Of a stretch of 64,000 bases of DNA, positions 11,901-23,300 are shown piece by piece (the first letter of the stretch is position 1; each line of letters opens with the position of its first letter). This DNA comes from Ancylonema sp. (Eukaryota): assembly GCA_050230475.1 (NCBI GenBank), contig JBFLGF010000124.1, forward strand, positions 1 through 64,000, given 5' to 3'. A program made the translations under genes and the position numbers. The notes beneath the pieces were generated by a model. That model was not told where the DNA came from, ran no database searches, and saw only the letters and a list, made by a program, of their open reading frames with translations.

Positions 11901-12370
11901 TCACGAACGCAGTAAACTATTTGAGGAAGTCATGCCTCTCGCCATGCGCAACCTCGCCATAGCACAACAGAGATCGACATCAATACTTCCGAGTTCATAG
12001 TGGCAACTGGGCCAAAGCAAAACCACGCTTTCACCGCAGACAGTTTGTTTATGTCAAACGCCAGACCAAAGGGACTCTCGATGTAAAGACTCACCCACAA
12101 ATACTCAGGGTCACTCAAATCCGTCCCTCCGGATACATTCAACTTCAAGGCAAAGATGGACGAAGAATATGGGAGCAAATGGCCAACATATCACCATGTA
12201 GCCTCAGCATTCAGGATGATGAAATTGACGTGAGCTGCTTCAACAGCGCAGACCCTACATTATGTCGTCAATGCGGATCCCGCAAAGATGAACGCAACAT
12301 CATTCTCTGTGATAACTGCAACGACGGCTATCACATCTTCTACTGCCTTCGTCCTCCATTAACAGAAGTC
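8929..12370 (+). mobile_element. Ty3/gypsy pol with DNMT C-terminus, RT, RNase H, integrase and a truncated PHD finger
   Basis: WEEANV*ERERLMG...VMLGRTMD (DNMT motifs IX/X, ~8930-9070). RT: CGDYRPIN, LDLRQGYHQI, PYGLKAAP, [Y>stop]IDD. RNase H: TDWS, LITDHAPL. Integrase: HFG..C, WGVDFAGP, LTDQGAEF, HPQTDG. PHD: CRQC...LCDNCNDGYHIFYCLRPPLTEV (12263-12370). Confidence 0.92.
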
Positions 12371-12485
12371 CGAACCTACAACACTTCATCTATCCAATAC
12401 TCTTCTACAACGATCAACTACACCGATGACACCTTTGAGTTCTACAGAAACCCATCATGAGCAACCGACTCCAAACCGCACGTCA
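12371..12485 (+). repeat. Partial family-A-type LTR (3' part)
   Basis: Ends GCAACCGACTCCAAACCGCACGTCA, the terminus also seen at 3199, 4555 and 24980; followed by the family leader starting TGTCATGACG. Confidence 0.6.
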
Positions 12486-12487
12486 GC

Positions 12488-13747
12488 TGTCATGACGCTA
12501 GAGATCGTTAAGGGTTAAAACGCCTTTGTAACAATATCCAGACCTCTCTAGTAAGCATACTTTGTTAGAAGCAATCAGATTCGATATAAAGATTTCATGA
12601 TTTTGTGTGAAGTTAGAATCAGTACTCCGCAATCCAACAACTTTTTGTAAACTCGAAAATAACGCGTGGCGTATTTTTCCGAGTGTAATATCCAGCAGTC
12701 GTACAATTTAGATTGCGTGTCGATTTTTCAGCGCTTCGCGCAACTTTGTTATCGACGATGATATTTCCGACTTGTCGATATTATCCCGGCGATAAAATCC
12801 AGCCGTAGAATACTTGACGTCTGAATTTGTATAGCGCCAAGATTAAATAGTACTTTCTAGAGTACAGCCTCGATTAACCATGTCGTCTAGTTAGTTTTTA
12901 CGATTAGACAGACGATCGTAGCATAAAGACATTTTCATAGTACAGATCTGTCAGCTTCCGCTGTCAGATTGCGTCGTCAAGAAACTTTCAAAATATCTTA
13001 TCTCAATATCCTGTCAATTGTATTCTCTGACTTTTGCAACTCCTGGCCGACGCCACTTCTTGCCATCATATGCGTGTCTTGTCTACAATTATTGTTGCGA
13101 CTACTGTCGACGAATTTTGTAAGTTGACCGAAGTGACCTTCGCAACTTCCTGTCATTACTTGTGTAGTCCGTTGACGCTCTTACTGAGCCAGCTTGTAAG
13201 CTTGATTGTTTACCATCACATCTTAGTACTGACGCTTTTAGTGAGCCATTCCCAACCGTCTACCACGTTGCTGACGCTCTTATTAAGCCAGAACTACTTT
13301 GTCGATTTACACCAATCTGTTACCGCTCGTACCGAGCCAATACGATAACGACGCGCAACTACTTGTTGACAAACCACATCCATCAATCAACATCTGTCAA
13401 CGCTCCGTTTGACATCCGAACTTTCTACTCGAAAGTTTACCTTTCGGCCGTCGACCTTAATATTATGCACCAGAGTCAGAGTATTCTGTTTACTATCAAT
13501 AATCCTTTTCCAGACTTTCTATTGTTGATATTAATTGTCGACTCGCCCTCGGCGTCAAGTAGTGTTCCACACATTCAAAAGTGTGATAGAAGTAGCGTAA
13601 CACCTGTTCTCCTCAGGACTCAATCTGCAACCCAACTTCAATCACACCAGCGAAAGACTTTTTCACTACAGAAAGTTAGTACCCAAGTTTTCAAAAAAAA
13701 AAAAAAAAAACTACTTACTTCGATGTTCTAGAACACTTGACTAGTAT
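12488..13747 (+). mobile_element. Family A long 5' leader
   Basis: Homologous to 4552->3393 (-); leads into the ATG at 13748. Confidence 0.7.
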
Positions 13748-15360
13748 ATGTGGACAAGGAACAGTAGTGGAAGATTGTCCAAACTGGAAATACCATTAGG
13801 AGAAACGGGTGAAACAGCAACTGCACCAGCTGCTGACACCAATAACCCTAATACATATCAGTTTGACACATCACTATCAGAATTCGAAGATTTCGAGAAA
13901 TTACCACCTCACTTGTTCAGTGAACCATCGGAATCTTCATCAGACTCTGAACAAGGGGTACAACAATTTCCACCAAACCATATCGAACGACATAATTCGG
14001 TACCTACCAATTCTTCATAAAAATTATTTGCAGACCTTTTTCTGACTCGATCGGTTCTGCCGATTGACCCACAAACTGACCAGATTGTCGATATTTCGAT
14101 ACCGGGTGCACCAGCCACATCGGAGACCACACCGGAACCATCGATACCTCTACCAGTACCGGGACCAGTCGCAGCACCACCACCAGTCTTACCAGTCTAT
14201 CGAGCACGGATTAAAGGTGGGACAGACCACACTATGGTTAACCCAACGCCACTACCAACATACTACGGTGACACAGGAGTGAAACAAGATGAGTTTATTG
14301 ATAGTCTACGACAGTACCATCGAACCCAACAGCGTGCACAACGCATGGGACATGTTGACTGGGATACTGTTTATTTGTGACCACAGAGGCCTACCTATCA
14401 TAGAAACCAACAGGGATTTATGGCGAGAATACTTTGCTAATGTGGCTTACTACAACATTCAAGGACGCATGGATGGACAACCAAGACCATTGAAACCAAC
14501 AGAAGTGGAACAACTCATCACAATTCTGAAAACACGATTCCGCACCTCTGCAGCTGAATATGTCTTACAAATTGAAAATTTCACTACACGCATGGGGCAA
14601 GTACATACGCCAGATTCAACGAGCCAGCAACCATTGTTCAAGATGCAGGTGCCATGACAGAAGAACAATTGGCCAGACGTTATCAAGGGCACATTCCATT
14701 GTCTTTGCAACCTTACATTGACGATTGGCACTTCTCTGAATCTAAGCATCGATACTATGCTACACCACAACTACCACCTATAACTAGGAAAGAGATCATG
14801 GAGAAAGCAACCAAGGCTGAACTTCTCAAAATGAAACAAGACGTAGATAATCGAGCTGCAGAAATTACTAAGTCTTACACTCGACCACAAACAACTTCTT
14901 CTCCTTCCACACAACAACGACAAAACAATGGATTTCCACCACGCTCGGGCATTCCATTGACATGTTCTTCTTGTGGAGGACCTCATCTGGCTCGTGATTG
15001 TCTTGGCAACAAGAAACCAAACAACTATCAGCCTACAACTCACAACCAGACAGGAAGCTCCAAAATCAACCCTTCACATAACACACAGTTCAAGGGAGGA
15101 AACTATGGAGGCAACCAAGAGCATAGACAACAAAACAAACCACCATTCAAACCTCGGGAACGACAATATGACGCAAAATAATATACTTTTGATGCACAAT
15201 GTGAATACTGCAAGGGTCGACAGCACACAAAGGACCAATGCAGGACATTCAAAGCACACAAATTACTCACCTTGGCAACTACACCTGCTGCATAACAACC
15301 AAAGTTACTGGAATGGTCCAAACCTGACCAACAACCAAGTTACATTGTCATGCAGTTAGA
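13748..15360 (+). pseudogene. gag-like ORF with two zinc knuckles (decayed)
   Basis: CSSCGGPHLARDC (~14963-15001) and CEYCKGRQHTKDQC (~15200-15241); broken by stops and frameshifts. Confidence 0.75.
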
Positions 15361-16019
15361 TCTGGAACGTCAACGGGACTTGGAGGCTATGTCCTATCAC
15401 AACCAAGGGACAGAGCAGGTAATCGACCATACGATACCATGTCAATATCTCATGACTACCAGGAAGTCTACCAGACTATCTGCCAAGAAGAAAAAGCCAG
15501 TTGTGAAGAACCAAAAAACACAATTTCATGACCCACTTGTTCAGCCTGATACACCACCAAGCTCAAGATCGAACACATAATTCCACACACCACCACCTTC
15601 AAGAGAGGATACATGGACACCCATTCCACCTCTACCAAATCCACTACCAATGCATTATCTACCAGACCATGAACCATCTACGTCTACCACACCTTACCTA
15701 GAACCACATCCAGAAATATTGTTGAATATGCAGAATAGGGATGGTGAAGATTATGGCAGGCGACAAGGGTCTTCTACCAAAATGCCAGATTCATTTACAT
15801 GAAGATTTCCTATCCGACTTGAGGCAGGGACAACAAACATGAACCAATTTCATGATACAGAGGCACCACCTCCTCTACCACTACCTCAAGCACAAACACT
15901 TCATGACACTTTGCATGCACATGTACTTGCGTTACGTACCCAATTGCAGGTGGCGGAAAAGGCCGAACAGCAGGTCAAGGAACTACTTGCCCACACCACC
16001 ACAACAGTACACCGCAGTA

Positions 16020-16500
16020 TCAGACCCACCAAAAACCAAGAACCGCAGCCGACAAGACACCAACTTCGGTATTGCACTTCTCAAAAACAACAAAGGAGTC
16101 TTGGCCATTCATGACCATATACCAACTAACTGTGTAGTTGACAGTGGGGCCATTAAAACCATGATTGGCAGACCTATGGCTAATCGCATGGGCATCACTG
16201 CAAATATGCTCAAACCTGGAACACCTTACATTACTGCATCACAAGAAATGAGCTTGGGATCTACGAAAGAGAAATTTCCCATCCACATTGACAGAGGAAC
16301 TCCCAATCCCACACCTATCTACTTGGAATTGCATATGTCACCATCACGAGAATTTGACATACTACTGGGTAACGATTTTTGGGGACCAATAAGAAGATAC
16401 TCAGATCCATGGCAACATCTGTTCTTCTATAGAGCAGATTGGAAAAAAGGGGGGACTATGTTTAGCCTCTCTACCACTCACAGTCAGACAAACTTCTCAC
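16020..16500 (+). mobile_element. Retropepsin-type aspartic protease domain
   Basis: CVVDSGA (catalytic DSG) and FDILLGNDFW within ORF 15852..16709. Confidence 0.85.
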
Positions 16501-17600
16501 AAACTGAAGTTTATATGGCAGATGCTGCAACTCCTACACTCTTCCTTACCCCAGAGGATAGGGCTGCAGCAACCAAACTCAAGGAAGCACACCGCAAGGC
16601 CGCTACAGATGCTGCAACAACCTCCGCAGCAATAGCAGTCAACCGCAGCATTCAATTTGGCACCCAACCAGTCACCATCACGGAACCAGCAGACTTAGAG
16701 GTCACTTAAACTCAACTGCAAATCACCAAGGAAATTGACTGGGTCAATGACTTTCCCAGTACACCACCCGAAAAAATTGCTCGACGCAGACCTGCACGTG
16801 AATTCCGCAAAGGAGTGGATGAGAAACCACCACCAGATGACGAGTACTAGGCAGACGTCCGCGACACCATGACAGAATACATCAAAAAATTTGTATGGCG
16901 GACCCATGTGGCAACAACACTCTCACGCATACCTCAACTGGATATTGCAAACAAAAATATTGCGCGCAGTAGTCACTTCCAAAAATTCTTTGAGACAAAA
17001 GGTAAAAGGTTTCTATGAGGAATTCGCCGAATCCTCACCACGGGTCTTACCTCAACAACCATCGGGAAGCATGGAAATTGCAGACAGTGAAGCCACTAGA
17101 GACTCTACACAGGAGGAGTCCGCAGAGAAGGCAGAGGATCCACCAAGCGAATCCAACACTCGTGCACCCGACCAAGCTGTGGCAATGGACCAGGATGATC
17201 AACTATCACACCAACCAAATCCACCAGTACAACAGTCCCTAGATCCCACAACAGCTGAACTACAAGCTACCATCACTTCCCTTTAGAAATACAAGGAAGA
17301 ATCAGATCAAGCATACGCAAACCTTTTCAAACAACACCACCAACTACGTGACAACATGATCAAACAACATGCGATCGAAGTAGCGGAAATTCGACAATCC
17401 ATCAACCACGAGGTGGAGCTACGTATCGCACCTCAAATTTTGCAACAAAAGGCAACTCATGAAAAACACATTGCAGACACCATTCAGCAACGGGAACAAG
17501 CATCAAGAGAGGTCAGCAGATTGAAATGCAGATTGGAGAAAACAGTTGGTCAATTGACACTACTTCAACAAGACATGAAGGCATTGCGCAAAGGGAAAGA
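16500..17600 (+). pseudogene. Coiled-coil-rich linker ORF of the family A element, interrupted by the chromovirus
   Basis: Heptad-like Q/E/K/L-rich text. After removing 17601-23269 and one TSD copy, the frame reads ...ALRKGKEVSGSSDSND to a stop at ~23464. Confidence 0.6.
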
Positions 17601-18015
17601 TGTTAGACCCGGGAGGGAAAAGGATCTAGTTCGATGAACACTCACAAAAAGGGAAATGACACGATGGGAAAAGTGTAATAAAGTATGTTAGTACATGAGA
17701 TGTTAGGAGTGAGGAATCCTCAATCCTAACACGAACTATATAGTGAAATCTCGGCTAGCGACTTCACTACAAATGTGGGACAATGAGTATCGCTCTAAAC
17801 GAACAACTGATGTCGCATACAAGAACTAGTCGCTATAAACGAACACTCGATATAACAATGCGAAACTCTACAAGGGAAGGGCTCTAGCTCTCCCTAGAGC
17901 GACCCAAGTCGCGGTACAAGAAAACACACTCGCTACTAGCTAGCACACTAGGCTAGTAGCGCTAGGTTAGGGAACTCGCTAAGGAGCCCTAGGGACTATA
18001 GCGAGGGTCCTAAGA
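17601..18015 (-). repeat. 3' LTR of the chromovirus
   Basis: Repeat of 22861-23256; preceded on the minus strand by PPT GAGGGGGGGGTAC (18028-18016). Confidence 0.92.
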
Positions 18016-21000
18016 GTACCCCCCCCTCTAGGCGCGGAATACAGGGCGCGGGTAGCAGGACGGGCTCGGAAGCGGCGACGGAAATCCGCGATGACCGCGG
18101 TGGCATGTGTGAGATTCTGAGCCGGCTCCCAGGAGCGCTCTGATTCGTCGAAACCCTCCCAGTCCACGAGATAGTACAACTTGCCACGCAAGAATTTGGA
18201 ATCCAGCACTTCCCACTGGGGTTCGCCGTCCACGATGACTGGTGGAGGTTGCGGCACGTCACGGCCAGGAAAAGGATTTTTCACATATGGCTCCAGAAGC
18301 GCTACGTGGAAAACGGGATGGATGCGGATGGACGGCGGGAGCTCCAAGCGAAAGCAGAGGAGCCAACTGGACCAATGACAGGAAAAGGCCGGAGGCGACG
18401 GACGTCCAATTCGCAGAAGGTCGTGTGGATGCGACGTGGCGCCGGAGGAGCCATACTTTATCGCCAGGCTGGAGGGATGGGGCAGCCCGACGCTGCGATT
18501 GGCCGATCGCTCCATAGCGATTTGGGATTTTTTCAGCGACGTTCGAGTAGAATCTGTGCGTCGTGAATCCACCTTGACGTATGCATCTGCCGACGGGGTT
18601 GGGGAGTCCGGGGAGGGAGGGAGGAGGGAGAGTTGGGGATGGAAACCGTGGTTGGCGAAGAACGGGGTCAGGGATGTGGCAGAATGTAGGGAATTGTTGT
18701 AGGAAAATTCTGCCATGGGCAGCAGACTGGACCAATCCGACTGCTGGTAATCGGTGTAGATGCGTAAATACTGCTCGAGAACAGAATTGAGGCGCTCCGT
18801 CTGGCCATCCGTCTGAGGGTGAAACGCAGTCGAGCGGTTGGCGTGGATACCGCACAGCTGCAGCAGCCGTCTCCAAAAACGGCTGGTAAAGACTGGATCG
18901 CGGTCGGAAAATGAATGGTGGAGGGCATGCCATGGAGCCGCACCACCTCCCGCAAGAAAAATGGCAGCGACCGTCACGAGCTGGTATTGCCTTCGTCGTA
19001 GGAATGAAGTGAGCAGCCTTAGTCAGACGGTCGACCACTACGAGAATCGCATCGTGGTAGTTAGATGGCGGGAGGTTCTGTGATCCAAGCCATGGATATC
19101 CAGCTCCATGGCCTGTCCGGACTAGGATTTGGGGATAGCAGGCCGGAGGGTGCATGGGCGGACGGGCTTATTCCGCGCACATGTGTCACAGCTGCGGACG
19201 TAGGGCCTCCACTGCTGTAGAAATTCCCGGCCAGTAGAAGTACACTGCGCCACGAGCGCATGCGTGCGAGCAACGCCGTAACCTGCGAGGGGCGCGTCGT
19301 GGAATTGCTTTAGGATTTGGAGTATCAGGGACGTAACAGTAGGTGGGATGACCAAGCGATGATGTCGGTACAGCAAATCATTGCGTAGACAATAGGAAGA
19401 TGACCTGCCTGAGGGTTCGAGGGGGTTTGATTCCTCCTCAGGTCTTATAGCCAGCTGTTCGCGGATGGCGAGAGTGTCAGGGTCGAGTAGCTGCGCCTCA
19501 CGGATAACAGGTAATATGGGGTCCGTGGGGGAGATGAAAAGCGCAGCAGCTCGGAGGGGGGGGGGGAACAGGATAGGGAAATCGTCCGGGGGGGAAATTG
19601 GGGAAAGGGAATCGGGTAGGATTGGGGAGTTCGGGGATTGGGTCTGGCTGGTAGTCGGGACGGCGGGATAGGGAGCATCAGGCTTTCCGTTAGTCTCGCC
19701 TTTTCGGACGTCGGTAGACGATAGTGAAATCGTAGGCAGCTAGGGTCTCTGCCCAGCGAGCGTGGCGGCGAGAGGTAGTGCGGGCGCCATGGAAGTATTC
19801 CAGGTTTTTATGGTCTGTACAGACCACAATAGGATGAGCCGCGCCCTCCAAATAGACGCGCCATTGGCGAAACCCGCTGACGATAGCCAGCATGTCATAG
19901 ATGGGGTAGTTTAGCTCGGCCTCCGAGAACTTTCGGGAGTAGAAGGCGATGGGGTGTAGCTCGCCGGCAGCGGACGTCTGGCTGAGGACGCAGCCAAGGC
20001 CGAAGTCGGAGGCGTCGGCTTCGAGGGTTATAGGGAGGGTGGGTTGGACGTGTTTGAGGATGAGTGCAGATGTGAAGGCCTGCTTGAGGGAGTCAAAAGC
20101 GACCTGGGCCTCTGGTGTCCAGCAGAACTTCACGACTTTTCGGGTGGGCGTAGTCAGGGGGCAGGCCACTGTAGAGTAGTAGTTTATGAACTTGCGGTAG
20201 AAGTTTGCGAACCCCAAAAAGACTGCACCTCCTTTACAGACATTAGGGGTAGGCCAGTCGAGCACAGACGTCACCTTGCCGGGTCCATCTCCACCCCAGC
20301 TGGGGAGACTTGGTAGCCGAGGAAGGTAATGGTGTCCTGGTGGAACGCACATTTCTCAATCTTTGCGTCGTAGAGCTTGTTATGTCGTAGGATAAGGACC
20401 TGGCGGACTTGGGGAACGTGCTCTTCCTGGTCTGCCGAGTAGATCACCATGTCGTCAAGCATACCCGCTAGGAAGACGTCTAGGTGCTCGCGGAAGATGT
20501 CATTGATGAAGTGTTGGAAACAGCCTGGGGCGTTGCAGGGCCCGAACAGACAGACACGGAACTCAAAGTGGCCGTAGCGGGTTCGGAACGCAGTCTTCCA
20601 CTCGTCCCCCTCTTTCACCCGCACCTGGTGGTAAGCGTTTCGCAAGTCGATCTTTGTAAAGATTTTCGCCCGGTGCAAGCGATCCAGCATCTCAGGTATG
20701 AGGGGTAGGGGGTAGCGGTTCTTTACTGTAGCCATTCAAATGTAGTCCACACAGAGTCTGAGCTTGCCATCGGGTTTCTTAATGAACATGACAGGGGCCC
20801 CCGCAGGGCTGGTAGATGGTCTGATGAATCCGTTTGCCAGGTTGTCAGAGATGTATTGTTTCAGAGTAGCCAGCTCCGCTCCGGTTCTGACATGGGGCAG
20901 ATGGGTCCCCAAGGTGGTTCTTTTCCTGTCAAGAGGGGTATCGCCAGATCATAGGGGCGGTGAGGGGGAAGGGTGTTTGCCGCAGATTCCGAGAACACGT

Positions 21001-22860
21001 CCGCGTAGTCGTGGTACTCGGGGGGAAGTTTAGACAGCAGTTCAGGGTCGGGGGGCGGGGATGGGTAGGGAACTGGCAACAATGAGCGCAGGGGGGGGAA
21101 GTATTGTGACAGGGGTGGGGGGGGGGTTTGTGAGAAGTGGGTGGGGTAAACTGAGCGCGGCTAGCAGGCATGCACTCTGGCAGTGGGGGGACGTGAACCG
21201 CAAACCGCCTGCCTGCCAATCGATGGACGGGTTGTGGCGCTGGAGCCAAGGGTAGCCTAGCACCATGGGAAAGTGGGCTAGGCGGGTTACGTCAAACCGG
21301 AGTGTTTCGGTATGGGAGCCCAGACAGCGCAACAGGCCTTTGTAGAAATGCGTAATAGGGCCTGCGGACGGAGCGCTGCCATCAATCAGCTCCACTTGAT
21401 GGGTGTGGGGTGGGGGGTGGTTGTCAGGTGGTGCTGAGCGAGCAGCGTGGGGTCTACGAAGTTTCCACGCGCCGCAATCGATGAGGGCGTTGACAGAAAT
21501 GGGGGGAAGAGGGTACTGGAGTAGCTAGACTGACAGATACAGGTGGCGGGGCTGGGGGGCTGGGTTGGGGATGGGGTGGGAGGGTGTGAAGGCCCTGCAG
21601 ACAGACCCCTCCTAGGACTGTCCGGGGGCATCGTTTTTTGGCTGGTCAGGAGAAGTGTCCAAAAAGCGGACCTAGCTGGCCTGGTTGGCCGGCTTCGCCG
21701 GGCAGGAGTCGCGGTTATGGCCCGCGCCTCCACAGTACATGCAGAGGTTTCCCTTCTTGCGCCTATCATATTCTATGGATTCCAGCTGGAGCCGTTTGCG
21801 CCGGGTGCCATCGAGTTCCATGGGGGTGACTTCTTGGAGGTAAGAGGGGGTGGGGCGAGAGGCTTGAGATGGGGAAGTGTAGGGTGGTTTGCGGATTGCA
21901 GCGTCAATGCGACGGCTGTTGGCGAGGTTGGTTTCGACCAGGCCAGCAGCCTTCACAAAGGAGAAGGTGGGGGGTTGTGTAGAACGCGCCAGCTCGCTCT
22001 GAATCGCATGTTTCAGTTTGGCTTTGAAGTTGAAAATCAGGGAGTGGTCCGTCCAGCGCGGCTGGAAGGTGTTGGTGATGACCCTGAACCGAACAGAAAG
22101 CTCAGCCACTGATCCCGTGTGTTGCAACTCGTGCAGGCGGCGTTCGAGGGCTGCCTGGTCCTCTCCCCCCCCGAACGAACGAATGTGTGTGTCGTTCGAG
22201 TTCCTGGAAGAAGTCTGCCAGGGTCCAGTTTGTGGGGGGCTCTGCGGTGACTGGATCGCAGACGGAGCGGAACCAGCTCTTGGCCATGCCGCAGCAGATT
22301 GCCCGCCAGAATCAGTTTAGATCTGGTAGTGTGATAGCGTAGGGGGCTGCTGTGTTGGGTAACCCCAAAACGGAAGTTTTGCAGATCTGCTGACTTGCCC
22401 GAGAACATAGGAGACAGGGGTAGGTTAAGGTCAGGGGCTGGGGTAGGGGCTGGTGGGTGAGGAAAACATGGGGGGGGGGGGCGGGCTGGGTATAGGACTG
22501 CTGAGGGGAAGGCTGAGTGTAGGGAGACTCATCAGCTAGAGGTATTTGTGAACTCAGAAAATGTGGGCCGAGTAGAGCCGGCCTCCTCATAGATGCTAGT
22601 TTTGTAACGGAGTTCCTCATTTTCACGTGTGAGACGATCATTATTGGAATATCCGAAACGTTGCCTTCATTCATTTCCTGCATTTTTCGAATTAAGTTCA
22701 TAACGCGAATCTGAATCCATGAGAAATGGGAAGAAAAAATGACAGAAATGAAGAAGGAAAATCTGAAAGATGGGGAGGAGAGGGGTGGGAAACCCTAAAG
22801 AATAAGCTCACTGGTGGAAAAACCGAAAAAGAACCTCACAAATTTTTTCTCCTAACATAG

Positions 22861-23256
22861 TGTTAGACCCGGGAGGGAAAAGGATCTAGTTCGATGAATA
22901 CTCACAAAAGGGAAATGACACGATGGGAAAATAATGTATGTGAGTACATGAGATGTTAGGAGTGAGAAATCCTCAATCCTAACTCGAACTATATAGTGAA
23001 ATCTCGGCTAGCGACTTACTACAAAAGTGGGACAATGAGTATCGCTCTAAACGAACAACTGAAGTCGCATACAAGAAACTAGTCGCTTAAACAACCGATC
23101 AACACTCGATATAACAATCATTAGCGAAACTCTACAAGGAGGGCTCTAGCTCTCCCTAGAGCGACCCAAGTCGACAAGAACACACACTCGCTACTAGCAC
23201 ACTAGGCTAGTAGCGCTAGGTTAGGGAACTCGCTAACTATAGCGAGGGTCCTAACA
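22861..23256 (-). repeat. 5' LTR of the chromovirus
   Basis: TG...CA ends; TATATA at ~22990-22995; followed on the minus strand by a non-tRNA PBS at 22858-22849. Confidence 0.92.
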
Positions 23257-23300
23257 GTACCCCCCCCTCAAAGAGGTATCGGGATCTTCGGACTCTAACG

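Larger units (their letters stand above)
17601..23269 (-). mobile_element. Near-complete chromovirus (Tf1/Tcn1-like Ty3/gypsy) with two LTRs, gag, PR, RT, RNase H, integrase and chromodomain
   Basis: LTRs 17601-18015 and 22861-23256 (TGTTAG...CTAACA). TSD AAAGA at 17596-17600 and 23270-23274. Zinc knuckle [27 protein letters not shown] / MLDD. Integrase HPQTDGQTER. Chromodomain YYLVDWEGFDESERSWEP. Many frameshifts. Confidence 0.95.
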
